From Callorhinchus milii (taxonomy: Eukaryota): 64,000 bases of DNA. Each line of letters begins with the position of its first letter. The stretch's first letter is position 1. Under the pieces are notes generated by a model. It was not told where the DNA came from, did not search any database, and saw nothing but the letters and a program-made list of their open reading frames with translations. Shown one piece after another: positions 12,551 through 25,545 of the stretch. The stretch is taken from NCBI RefSeq assembly GCF_018977255.1, contig NW_024704756.1, positions 14,076,001 to 14,140,000 on the forward strand, read 5' to 3'. The position numbers and the translations under genes are program-made.

Positions 12551-15412
12551 CTTCATGTACCTTTTATAATAAAAATCAGTTTCATCTCAGCTGCTGCACT
12601 AATATAAAGGGTCTTCACTGTTTGGGCTCTGCAGGATACCTTTGATGGAAACAGCACCAGTTGTACAAAGCTTTTATTCTCTCTTTCATCATCTTTTGTG
12701 ACCTTAATGAAATTGAATCTCTAACATTTTTGTGTAATTAACATTCTGTTAATCTAAGCGGGAGGCTTCCATGCATTAAATAATCCTAACTTTGATTCGC
12801 AAAACTGTTTTGGTTGGAAGTAATGCTGTGTGTATATTGCGTAATGTTACATAGTGGATTAAAAATCCAAATGTCACAAGGCAGCCATCATTTCACATGG
12901 TTGGCATCGATAACAATAATACCCAGAAAAATTCTCAGGTCAAAGCTCAGATCATTCATAATTCTCTACTGAGGAGAGAAGACTCCTTGCAAAGGAAATA
13001 ATTTATAGTGGATTAGGGTTTGTTTTATCCGCTACACTATGGGATTTATGGTTGTGAGTCGATTGGCTGATCGCTTTCCGAGGGTACTAATCCCACTCAA
13101 TCCACGACTGTTTGTGGGACACTGCTGTGCCCAATTAGTTGTCGCGTTTCACCCACAAAACATAGTCAATCCACTTTACAGTATATTATGTGAAGCGCTT
13201 TGAGACATCTCAACCGCGTGATAAAGCGCTACATTAAATGCAAGGATTATTATTATCCACATTTGTGAGGTTTTCAGTTAAAATCGGGATTCTGAACAAA
13301 TATTTTGTATGGCTAATTCACTCTTGTTCGATCACTCTGTAGAGGAATGTATCCTGGAGGAAGGAATGGTTTAAGAGTGAGCATTATGGCACTGTCCCTG
13401 GGTTTTCCATTTATTTGACTTGGTGCCATGGTGACAGAGCTTTGGAGCATTTATGCACTCTACCATACAGTTGGCAACACAGACCCAACCTCCCACTCAT
13501 TAAATTTGTATTTTCACCGATGTTTCTGCAGAGAGGCACAGCGAGGAGACAGGTTACTTTTCCAGAGAGCATGGGGAAGATCCAGGGCTAGTTAGCATGG
13601 TTAGTGCTTACTTGCGGCCAATCAGTCAGATTGGCTCACTATTGTAGTAATCTTGGAGCCTCGAGGAACTTGAGAGAAAACTAGAAGGACTTGATAGTAC
13701 AAGAGGAAGAAAAAAAAATGATTTAGTGACGTGTATGAAAGCTGTTTCACTCCTCGGGGTTCAGTTCTAAGATTTTAGGTGTATCCAAACCAAAGAGACC
13801 CTAAAAGGAAATTGGAAAGACAACTGAGGAAAATGATTTGACAGCCACTCTTCATTTTCATGTATTTGAGGCCAAGTAGATCAGTGAAACCAGATTATGC
13901 TCATGTATTCATGTAGAAAACCACTCTCATTTTCTTGCAATTATCACTAAAATATATATACACAGTGCAATTATTATTTATAATAAATAATAATCCTTGC
14001 ATTTGATATAGTGCTTTTATTTTATTTCTGCAATAAATCTTCCTAATTTTTTTACGACAACTATATAATAGTTTTGCCCCCAAAACACACAGTGAATTCA
14101 CTTTACAGTATATTCTGTGAAGCACTTTGAGACATCTCTAAGATGTGATAAGGCGCTATATCAAATGCAAGGATTATTATAATGTAGCGAGACAGTTTGC
14201 GAAAATAAAATATATGCTTAAATACTAAAGCTCTCTGTAATATCATCAAAGGAAATGGATAATGGATGCCATAAATCATAGCACTTTCATGTGTAACAGA
14301 ATATATGAGAGACTTGTCACAGTATTTGTATAACAGAACGGGAAGTATTAAATCCTATTGCAACTATGAAAAATGGTAATTCAGCATGTCACGTCCATCC
14401 CTAATAATTGACTTCATTTGGTGTTTCAGCTAGTTATGCTTAAATGAATGTGAGAAATGAAGACTTGGGTTAATAACCCCAAATGTATGATTTCTGCAAA
14501 AATAATCATACAGCTAGATCTGCCAATTGGTGTGGCTATTTTTGCAGAGAGAACAAGGTTAGCCCTTATTTCCTTTAAAATATTCCAAGACGGCTCTCTT
14601 TTACATTTTTTTTTAAAAAAAAAGATTGAGTAAGAAATTACACAATCCTACAGAAATACATACTTTGTAATGGCGCTACTGACCTGATTGGGGGGCTGGG
14701 AGGCAAGCAGTTCTGACAACAGCTTAATGCAAGTTAAGCTGTTTCCAATAGCAACCCTACTGTCCAACATGGCACCAGGCTGCGAGTCTGCTGTCAGTGT
14801 CTTCAATAACACTATTTTGGAAACGTCTAAACAGTCCACCCCCATAGAGTCCACTATCAGCTCGAAGAGCCCCAAAAGACAGCCTCATAGGACACAGTTG
14901 AGCTTTGAATGTCAGCGAACATCCAGAGTCTTAACTCTGTAGCGCTGGGTTTTTAGACTAAGTAATGCATTCCTTGTTAATCTGTAATTAAATTGCGTTT
15001 CAGTAAATGCACTCAGCACAGTAGCTCACCTGACATGTCTAATAATATTCACCATTCCTGTGATCGAGATTAGAGTTGTATTGCTTTACACACATGTGCC
15101 CGTGGTAAATGTTAGCTTGTCTGTGTTATAGAATCATAGAATTATACAGCACAGAAGGAGGCCATTCGGCCCGTCATGTCTGTGCCGGTTCTTTGAAAAG
15201 CGCTATCCAATTCAATCCCGTTCCCCCGCGCTCTCCCCATAGTTCTGCAAATTTGTCCTCCCCAAATAATTATCTACTTCTCTCTTAAAAGTTGTTATCA
15301 AATGTGCTTCCACCAGCCAATGTATTCCAGATCCCAACAACTCACCGCGTGAAACAATTTCTTCTCACTTCCCCTCTACTTCTTTTAACAACTATTTTAA
15401 ATCAGTGTTAGT

Positions 15413-15727
15413 GGGCTCCAGTCTTCTCCATGTCTCCCGCCCGACCCGCCCAACCATCGGTGGCCGGGTTTACAGCCTCTCTGCCCCCCACACTCTGGAA
15501 CTCCATCCCACGGTCCCTTCACCTCGCTTCCTCCCTTGCCTCCTTCAAGGCCGGTCTCAAGACCCTTCTCTTCGGCCATGCCTTCGGTCTCCCTCCCAAC
15601 TCTCTGCCTTCCCTCACCCCTACACCACCCCGCTCCCATGCTCGGGCCCCGACACCTGACTGTTTAGCACTTTGGGACGTCCACCCGACGTGAAAGGCGC
15701 TCTATAAATGTAATGTTGTTGTTGTTG
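15413..15727 (+). mobile_element. L2 3' fragment nested in a CR1
   Basis: TIGGR..S.SAPTLWNSIP motif and (GTT)n tail; CR1 sequence resumes directly at 15728. Confidence 0.85.
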
Positions 15728-16060
15728 TCCTCGGGTTACCGACCCACCCGCCAGTGGAAATAATTTCTCCCTGTTCACCCTATCGAATCCCCTCATAATT
15801 TTGAAAACTTCTATTAAGTTTCCTCTTAAGCTTCTCTGCTCCAAGGAGAATAATCCCAGCTTCTCTCGCCTCTCCTGATAACTGAAGTCCCTCATTCCTG
15901 GTACCATCTTGGTCAATCTCCTTTGCACCCTCTCAAATGCCTTGATATCCTTCCTAAAGTGTGGTGCCCAGAACTAAACACAGTCTCTCGCTGAGTCCTA
16001 ACCAATGTTTTATAAAGGTCTATCATAACTTCCTGACTTTTGTATTCTATGCCCCTATTT

Positions 16061-16277
16061 AATAATAATAATAATAATCCGTGCATTTGACATAGTGCTT
16101 TTTCACGTCTTCTCGATGTCTCAAAGCGCTTCTCAGAATATGCTGTAAAATGAATTGACTGTATATTTGTGGGCGAAACGCGGCAGCCAATTGCGCACAG
16201 CAGTGTCCCATAAACAGTCGTGGATTGAAGTGACCAATTTATTATTGTTTTTGGTTTTTTTTGGAGGGATTATTATT
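16061..16277 (-). mobile_element. 5'-truncated SINE nested in CR1
   Basis: Tail and body match the family; head is missing at the repeat junction 16275-16325. Confidence 0.88.
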
Positions 16278-16939
16278 CAGTAGTACTCATTCAGTAGTCA
16301 TTCAGTAGTCAACTCATTCAGTAGTCAACCGTGCCCTCTGCCTCCACAAGAAGATTTCCTCTTTGGTCCCTAATTGAACCCACCCTACCTTGGAATAACC
16401 TTTTATTATTTATATGCCTATAAAATACCTTAGGGTTCCCTTTTATGTTACCCGCTAATATTTTCTCATACAATCTCTTTGCCTCTCTTATTTCCTTTTT
16501 CAGTTCTCCTCTGTACTTTCTATATTCTATTTGATTATCATCTGATTCTATTTGATTATCTTCTGTTACGGAAGGTCTACCCACATTTTGATACCTGGAG
16601 GAAAACGATGATCTTTCTGTAGCTCTACTGTTTGCATAATTGTCTGTGTCACAACGAGAGAACACATGAGAAAGCTTTTGATCCTCAGTCTTGGCCAGAC
16701 GACTCGGCAGCTCATTACTGCTGTCAGATCTCATCACCAAATGTGTGAGAAACACACATCTCACAGCCTGCTGACTTGCTGACTCTATTCCCACAAACCA
16801 AAGAATCCACGGATTGTGACATCGTGTCTCATTATCTTCCTTTAATCAACTTGACGTTTGCGATCTTCAGACGTGACGTGACACAGGACTCCCGTAAAGT
16901 GGACTGACTGCGTATTTTGTGGGCGATACGCACAGCAAC

Positions 16940-17210
16940 TGTGCCCATTCACGTGGATGCTAAAGATCCCTTGGCACTATTCAAAAAGAGAAGGGGGGTT
17001 TCTCTTTCCCCGGGGACCTGGCCAATAATCCCTCAAATAAAATTGATCACTCACTCAATGGCTGTTTGTGGAACATCGCTGTGTGTAATTGGCTGCCTCG
17101 TTTTGCCCATAAAGTACAGTCAATCCACTTTACAGTGTATCCTGTGAAGCGACTCGACGACGTGATAAGACGCAATAGCAAATGCAAGGATTATTATCAT
17201 TATTATTATA
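16940..17210 (+). mobile_element. Deu-domain SINE variant (SacSINE1/AmnSINE1-like core) with (ATT)n tail
   Basis: GTGGATGCTAAAGATCCCTTGGCACTATTCAAAAAGAG..CCTGGCCAATAATCCCTCAA matches the recalled Deu core. Confidence 0.75.
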
Positions 17211-19439
17211 TTTTATTGTTTTGCAGGATCAACTCCCATTAAGCACTATTCTCCAGCTGTGAGAAGAGCGAGCGATTTTCCTGCAATGTTTGTTCTGTTG
17301 ATCCTGCTCCATAAGCAGATGCTTCGACTGAACAGACAGGCAGCAATTAAGAGGTGAAACAAGTGATGCAGAGAGCAGTGGGGAGAATGCAAAAGACAGA
17401 AAAACAGGTGATTTGAGAAAGTTAATCAGAGGCAGAAAAATACAGAGTAAGAGCGAGAACGACACAGAAAGATGCGTTTGCCAGAGAAACCGAAACAAAC
17501 AACGAATGGGAGGATGAGGAAGCTCATCAGTTCACATTAACTTTTGTGACTGCAATTAAGCAGCTGATCGAAGGCTTTGACCATCTGCACCAAAGTGTCG
17601 CTGGTGGTGAAACGTCACAGTGGATGATTAAGTTCGGACTCTTCGTGAAAAAGTTCTGTGGTGAACAAAATTAATGTGCGGAATCAATATGTGCTCTTAG
17701 CATCAACATTAACAGCACTCAAATAACACAGCTGCAAAGTGTTTGCAAGCTATTCATGTCATAAATGTCAGGGAGTTTTATTTGCCAGAAAATGGCTTTT
17801 GGAAGGTTGAAAATAATACGTAGTGGGAATATATTTTGTTCCAAAACTCCTCCAGTGATATTTTTCATAGGATGTTACAAATTGATCCATAGCACAAGAC
17901 AGCTAATGGCTGTGTTTTTTTTCCAGCAGTTATCACAAAGTGACACATTTAGTTTTATTTCCAAAACACTGAATTGCAAATCTTTGTGTTCGACCACAAG
18001 TGCAACGTTGTAATGCAGTCAGTCAGTGAGAGGAACAGCACAATACTCCTTCATGGGAAAAAGGTTGCAAGTTGTGACATTTCTTAAATCCTTACAGGCC
18101 GGGAATATTGTAAATTCTCTGGTGAAAACCAGTTGATTCGGTATCGGAAGCTACAGCACTTGTGACACGCGAGGAAAAAAAATATAAGGGTTGGAAAGTG
18201 ATAGCTGGCCTGCTGTCACAGTATGTTGGTGCAATGTGCAACAGCCGAGGAGAATTGGGTTGAAATCCCTAGCCTTGGCTGACAGTCAAGCTCTGGCTAG
18301 TCCGAGGCATTGAAGCTGCCCTTCGTAGCCAAGCATACTAAATGGGTGTCTGGTGCCATGTTAATACTAGGAGAGGAAATAGAGCGAGGTGCCATCTCCA
18401 TCGCCGCACTGCCTCAAAGGAGAACTGGTAGAAATATAAAAGATGCCCAGAGTCTTTCAGCCAAAACCCAGAAGAAAATCTTTCATAGATATTTCCAAAG
18501 GCGTACACTTGGAATCCAACCAGGTTTCAATTTATAAATAGGTCAGGGTGGCAGGAAAACTTATTACGTTCGTCTTTACACTGCAGCTGCGGTATTCAAG
18601 ATTGGCACAAGCCATGTCATTGCACTGGAATAACTTGAAGACGGAACACCTCAGAAGTGTATTCAAAGGGGAGCCTGTCAGTAAATTTGTGATCTTTATG
18701 GCGTGCGTCTAAAAAGGCAAAAACCTTCAGCGACGGGAGGAAAATAAAAGCCAGATGCAAGATTAGAACATGGCTCGTTCGGCAATTCGTCCCTCACTGT
18801 GATCAAATAATAATATTAATCCTTGCATTCGATATAGAGTCTATATCACGACTTCTAGACATCTCAATGTTGCCAATGCAGAATAATAATATGCAGGAGG
18901 ACTGGCAGGATTGGTAGTAGTTGTGAAAAGCCTTCCCTGCTGTTCATGTTCCCAAACCATTTTGAAATAAGTTTTAAAACGGGCCTCACGGCAAAATATA
19001 GCCACACTGATGTTCATAGCAAAGACCTCTCCAAGGTCCTCTTGTTAACACTCGTACTTGCTTGCAGAAGAAAGAGGGCGCGAGCCAAGCGAGTGTGGAC
19101 CTTCTCACCCCAATTCCGAGTAGGCAGAAGCTCGTAGCAGAAACCTCACACTAATTGGTCTGCCAACAGAGAGAAACGTGCTGGCATGGGAACTGAAGAT
19201 AGTTGGGCGGCTCCACTGAGATTTGAGATGGAGTTTAAGCAAATTGTCGGAGACGTGTAGAAGGGTTTTATTTATAGCCCAGCTACAAATGAATGACAAA
19301 AACTGAGCGACAAAAATGTGGCAATTACGTTTAGAAAAATCATGCAGGAATGGAAGCATTTTTAATGTTTAACAAGCACCTTGCATTTTTTTTAACAAGA
19401 TTCCTCACGTTTGATATTGCGTCTTCACACAATTCGACT

Positions 19440-19630
19440 GACCAGTTGTTGGCCAGCACACGTGGAGAAATTCCTCTTTTTGAATAGTACCGTGGGACCT
19501 TTGCAGTCCACCTGAATGAGACTTTGGTTTAATTATCCAAAGGACGCCATCTCCAGCATTGCAGTGGAGCCCTGCACTGGAGTGTCAGCCTAGACTACGA
19601 GCTCAAAGTTCTGACACGAACCCATAACCG
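19440..19630 (-). mobile_element. Old SacSINE1-like DeuSINE fragment
   Basis: Reverse strand shows head-proximal CTAGGCTGACACTCCAGTGCAG and the Deu core. Related pieces at 38140-38250 (-) and 56433-56530 (+). Confidence 0.6.
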
Positions 19631-22407
19631 TCCAGTAAAGGTTATTATATCACTTGAATTTTCAGGATTGAGATAATGAATTTTAACATCAGAGAAAATA
19701 TGAGGTCAGATTGCCACAGAGATTATTATTATACGTGCTTTGATTTTAAAATCTCGCAATTTTAACCATAATGATCTTGCCCTTGTTCAGTTGCTGGCTT
19801 TTGGCATTAACACTCAATGTCATCCTGCAACAAATGTGGCATATAAACAGAAGCTAAATTCCTACAGTCCTATCGGGCTTAATCTGTTTAAAAAAAAGTG
19901 TCATTATTTAAATGTGAAAACATTGGATAATATACTACTGTACATAGTGAAGCCAAGTAAAGAGCATGAGGTTACCATGGCATCTGCCTTTTTATTAATA
20001 GGAGCTACGGCTTTTTTTAAAAAGGGGATGATCTAATCAACATATTAGGGCAATCAGCAGTCAGAAGAAATTAAACCTGCCCTAAATACAAGGGGAAGCA
20101 GGAGGACCCAACACACGACGAAGCAGAGAGCATTCATCTTTTCCGTACAAGTTATTGCTGTGCTATACAGAGCATTAACAGGCTTTTGCGATGATGCATT
20201 GGTTGCTTTTTTTTTCACACAGTATGGAAGAAGACGAACATCCTTAGTTGTGGAGGAGAGAATCTTCTGGTTCAGATAGGTTCAAAACGGACTACTGCGA
20301 TCTTGATGGGGCAACGAAACAGTGAATTATAGACAAAATGTTCAAAGAACATCACCGTTCTTACCTTTTTTGTCACGTTCCTAGTTTGTGAAGCAGGAAA
20401 ATTGTCACCATTTTAATTTAGGCCATTACCCTTTAAATGGACAACCTAAACTAAATCATAACACTGCCTTTCTCCACTTCACAAAGCAGTGAAATTCACC
20501 ACTTTTTTAACCCAAATGTTTTATTTAAAGAGACACACCAGTGTATAGAGGACTATTTTTGATGTAAAGTACTTCATTAATAGTTTAACGAGAAGCATAA
20601 TTACTGCTCATGCCTATTAGGAAAAATCTGTGTTGTTAAGTCTCTCGCCATCTGCCTGATTGGGCGGTGAGGGAGTGAGTCTCAGCTGAAGTCAGGAGGG
20701 ACCTCTGGGAGGTGCGTGGATTGGCATTGCTTTTATAATAATAATAGTAATAATAATAATCTTTGCATTTGATATCACGCCTTATCACGTTTTGGAGACA
20801 TCTTCGAGATACTATAATATGTTCACTCAATCCACAATTGTTTGTGGGACACTGCTGTGTTATCATTATTATTATCTCAAAGTTCTTCACAGAATGTACC
20901 GTAAAGTGAATCGACTGTATAATTGTTGGTGAAACTCGTATTGAACACTGATCCAGAAGTGCCAATAATGTCAATATGGAGAATTGACTGAGAACCATTG
21001 CATACTTTGGAGAGCTCTGAATGTTGAAATCATCAATTCCTCTAAACTCGGAATCCAGGGATGAGAAGAATACACAATCCAGTGGGACCGCAAACAAATG
21101 ATGAGAATTCAGCAACTGCCAGAAAGGGAATTAACCTCTCTTCCTCCCAAAGATTTCTCCTTACTCACTGGAAGTATGCAGTAATCTGCCTAATATACAC
21201 TTACATATTCTAACACACTGTCACCCCACTTCGCAGTGACAATCTTTGAGCGTCTTGAGACGTTTCAACGAAGCAATAAGGCACTATATCAAATGCAAGG
21301 AATGTTTGTCAATATTTTCCCCTACCTTGGAAGGCACAGTGCTGTATTTACATTTTGAACGTTATTCCAAACATCCCCCACTCCTTTATTATAAAACACT
21401 GTACGAAAATAATCTGCATTATTTACATTTGCAAAGTCATGTTTATTGATGTTACATACACACGGAAACAAGTGATAAAATGTCATACACCAGCAGACTA
21501 ACGTTCTTCCTCAAAGCCTTCCTAAACATGACATTAATATTTGAAGCAGACATCTGAACTGTTTGTTCAACTGCAATTAGATTAATACAGAAAATATTTT
21601 CAGCAAATTGCAAAATGATACACTTCCATTTTAAGATACAATACTAGATTAATGAAGCATACAAAGGATTCTTGAAAGCACTGCTAATTTATATGGTAAT
21701 TGGCTTCATTCTACAGAAGTGTTCCCATTAAATATGAATACCCATCTGGCTCTTGATTTTTGCCAGTGCAATGTGCACATTAATTGCAAAATGTGAACAT
21801 AATGTCAGACTTACTTTATCATGTGTGACACTGAAGATTAGTAAGCTTATACTGTTCTCTCGTTTACAATCTACTAATTAAAATAATACTTTTCTTAATA
21901 ATTTTGAGTGTTCCTGCGTGTGTTGGAAGTACACAAATATTATTGTCTTAAATGGCATTTAGAATTAGAAAGTTCACGCTGTTGTTGTCAAACCAATTTA
22001 AACATAATTGATTGCCTGTTGTGTATCATTCAAAATGTCTAGAGTAACTTTTAAACTACACTAACTATATGAGCACAATGCAGATTTCAAGTAGGTGTGT
22101 TATTGTGCAATGCCCTTTTGCTTTACGCTCTGAGAGTGATGAAATGTTTACTATTTTATAATATTTGTAATATTTTAAGTCAGGTAAAACCCAAGCAGAG
22201 AGGTAGCATTCCCCCATCTGCAACATTTTGTAGGCTTTCACCGACAAAACCAGTCACTCCACTTTGCAGTATATCATGTGAAGCTCTTTGAGATGTCTTC
22301 CTGATGTGAAAGATACTGTATGAACATAATTAATTCATTACTGTTATGCTATTGCTGTTTAGAGCACTCTGTAGAGGAAGTTTCCAGTTCTGAAGTGGTT
22401 TTCAGAA

Positions 22408-22757
22408 ATAATAATAATAATAATAATAATACTTGCTTTTGATACAGCGCTTTTCACATCGGGAGGACGTCCCAAAGCGCTTCACAGAACACACTGTAAA
22501 GTGAATTGACTGTATATTTGTGGGCGAACGCGGCAGCCAATTGCGCACAGCAATGTCCCACAAACAGTTGTAGATGGAAAATGACCAATTTAATTATTGT
22601 TTTTGGTTTTGGAGGGATTATTATTAGGCTCTGTGTGGAGTAAGGAAACTTGCCCAAGGTTTCACCCTCTGCCTGGAATTGAACTCAGGTCTCTCACTTG
22701 CAAAGCGAGTGCTCTAACCACTGAGCTACAGGACTCCACAACTGAGCTACAGGACTA
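22408..22757 (-). mobile_element. Full-length tRNA-derived SINE with L2-type tail and (ATT)n end; duplicated 5' end
   Basis: Head GGAGTCCTGTAGCTCAGTGGTTAGAGCAC..TTTGCAA..GAGTTCAATTCC (A and B boxes); ACTGAGCTACAGGACT is repeated at the 5' junction. Confidence 0.9.
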
Positions 22758-22769
22758 ACACAAAACACT

Positions 22770-23190
22770 TCAATGGTTGTTAGTTTTCTTAGTATATTTG
22801 AACTTCCCAAAATACCTACTTCCCGCAGAAGGTGGGACATTCTGTGCAAAAGGTGCCGTGTGAAGCCATTTCTGAATTGTCTTATCAACAGAGCCAGTTG
22901 CACCATTGATTGTAGGAATTATTCTTGTCTTGTACTGCCACCTGTGTCTGCATTCAATTTGTAGGTCAATATGCTTCCTTATCTTCTCTAACTCCTTATT
23001 TTGTACAACGTGATAAGGCGCTATATCAAATACAAGGATTATTATTGTAGTCACTTGGAATAGCCACATCAATAATACTGCAAGTACAAATCTAGTGGTA
23101 TTGTTATTCTGGTTTTGCTGGTTGATGTTCATATCAGTTGGTCTTTCTATCAATATCAAAGTTTTTGTGGATATTATTACAAGTTGTCCA
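22770..23190 (-). mobile_element. R4/Dong-clade (restriction-like endonuclease) non-LTR retrotransposon 3' relic, split by a SINE tail at 23005-23045
   Basis: Removing the SINE tail gives CSIIDVAIPSDYN|VQNKELEKIRKHIDLQIECRHRWQYKTRIIPTINGATGSV.., then LREVGILGSSNILRK in a shifted frame, the canonical RLE C-terminal signature. Confidence 0.75.
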
Positions 23191-25089
23191 GTGAATATTA
23201 TTATTGCTATTATTTATTTGTTACTTTGGAAGGCACCTGAGAAGCTCTGGAAATTCTCAGTGAGCAGCAAGTCAAATCTAACTTTTCAAGTGCTCCTAAT
23301 TCTGCTCAGAAATGTCCCTTTCAAGGCTGTAAAGCTCCTGCTCGGGGCAGCTATAAGCTGCTGTGTTTTGTATTCTGATCCCGATTCTGCACACGGAACA
23401 GTTTGTGTTTAACGGCAAAATGAAGGTGCTATTTATCAGCCTGCGGTTCCAGACCTTTTGTCTGGAAGCCATGCTGATTTCTGTTCTGTGTATTCGAGCC
23501 TTTATTTGGAACGCTATTTCAGCAGCATAATGGGAGCAGCAGCAACCTTGACGGGATACATCTTTCTAGACGAGGAGAAATGAGAAGAGCCAGGGAACTG
23601 GTACTGTCGGCTGATATTACCCCAGACAATGGGTCTTCAAGAGAGTGTTACTTCTGATTGAAGAGTAGGCTGAGAGGCATTTGCACTGAACTCATGCGGC
23701 AACAAAAGAGCTCTGGCGCTTGTTACTTGGAAACTGGCAACAAAACTACATTGCTCTCATGTCTCTGCCGTAAACAGTGAATCTAACCCAGATCTCATTT
23801 GTCTTTGTATCGGGATCATACTGGCCATTTTTCTACTGGCCACAAAGTGAAATTATATTATTCATAGCGTAAACAATTTCCACGGTGCGACCAAATGTGC
23901 CATCCTTATGCACAATCTTACAATTTGATGGCGAAATGGTCTTACGGGCTAAGAACGGTTGAAATGTTTGACTTTAGAAGTTAATTGAAGGGTTTATTAT
24001 TTGCCTTTTCTCATAGTTCTTGCTGGTGAGTCTCTCTTAGGTCAGACTTCAAGAGTCTGCTTATTCTCGACTGGTTTATCAAACAATGGGTTAATACTGA
24101 AATACTGAAACCATCTCAGTGACAGGAACAGCTAACCAGCCTCTACATCTCCGGGAATGTTTTTTATTTGTCCAATGGGACATGGGACCTCTGACAGTGA
24201 AATCATCCAAGAAATGTATCATAGTTAATAAATTATTTCCAATGTGAATTGCCAATTGTATTTACGTGTACCATTGTCTCTATTTTTAGCTTTTAATTAA
24301 CTTGGTAATCAATCAGTCATATCAGCTCAGCATAAGCTGTTCAGCAGATCGCCAATTGCTTATGAAACATTTTCAGAATCCAAATGACAATAGTCTTATA
24401 GGTGTCATGTTTGGTTCAGAACTCAATGCACTGCGGTTGAAATTAAAATCAATTTGCATGTAAGTTTTCATAATTAGTGATGCCAGTAGTAATTCAACAT
24501 TTATATAGAGCTGATTGGCTTAATTTCAAATTAATTAAAAGAATGGATTTTTTTTTAAAAAAAGCAACACTGGTTCAAAACACCTCTCGGTACAGATGAT
24601 GTATATTAGTCGTTTATCTAGCTTACACTTTGATGGCATCGTGTTAGCTGCATTGACCTTTTCAGAACGACACTGTGGGAAGTGACTCTCATTCGACTGC
24701 ACCCATTCTACTGCACTTCCAATTGCTATTGTGGATAATGCTGGCTGTAGGTGGGATGGTTTGTGGTGAATGTCACAGAGGGACACTTCCAGCTCGCTGA
24801 GCCGAAACAACTTGAAGAAGTGGCAACGTGTGAGATTCTGACAGGTCTGGATTTCTTTTACCCAAAACTCCTCCAGGCACCAATTGTGCAAATACAGGTT
24901 TTTTTTTCTTCCAACAAAGAAAGGTTCTTATTTATAAGGGCTCAGCTCAGCATTTCTTCATCCCCCCCCCCCCCCCCCCCCCCCGCCTCCTCCCCCGATT
25001 AATCTTCTCCCCTCTTCTGAGAGCAATAACATATCATGTGTTTCCCCCAAAACAAGAACTGCTTTAGTCATAGATATATGATAGATTTC

Positions 25090-25545
25090 GGAGTGTTGAC
25101 ATCAGACTGTTCGACTGGGAACCATCAGAGTCAAATGTGAGTCTCTTCTCACTGGATATCCATACAACTGCTCCTTAGAGGATGGGAGCTTCCTGGGTAG
25201 CATAAGAACATAAGTACGTAAGAAATGCTAGATGAAAAAAAGACCAAGGTCCATCCCGTTCGCCTTCCATCTTCCTGGCGGGCGCATGTATATATGTCCT
25301 GAACTACCTATGTACTAAATTCTATAACATTATCTCCCATAGCGTAAAAGAAAACTATCTAATCTGTGTTTGAAGGCATCAACATTTCCCGCAATCAGGA
25401 GCTTGATTTCTCCATCCTTCCTAACCTAGTGCACTGAGGTCAACAATAGTCACGGCCTTGGTTGAGATCAGCTAACTCGTCACAAAGCAAGATCCAACCT
25501 CAGAACTGTCACACGCATTATTCAGTGAATTTACCAGCTGAACCA
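25090..25545 (-). mobile_element. AmnSINE2-like element split by a CR1-type 3' end (25201-25390)
   Basis: 3' part at 25090-25200 and 5' part at 25390-25545 (GTTGAGATCAGCTAACTC) flank CATAAGAACATAAG..GACCAAGGTCCATC. Confidence 0.55.

Larger units (their letters stand above)
15128..16560 (-). mobile_element. CR1 LINE, fragmented (15128-15412, 15728-16060, 16278-16560), internally deleted, with nested L2 and SINE
   Basis: 3' end ATTCTATGATTCTAT and GGCCGAATGGCCTCC; ORF2 C-terminus QRRLTKMVPGMRDFSYQER..LGLFSLEQR.LRGNLIEVFKIMRGFD; upstream ORF2 part KKEIREAKRLYEKILAGNIKGNPKVFYRHIN. Confidence 0.9.
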
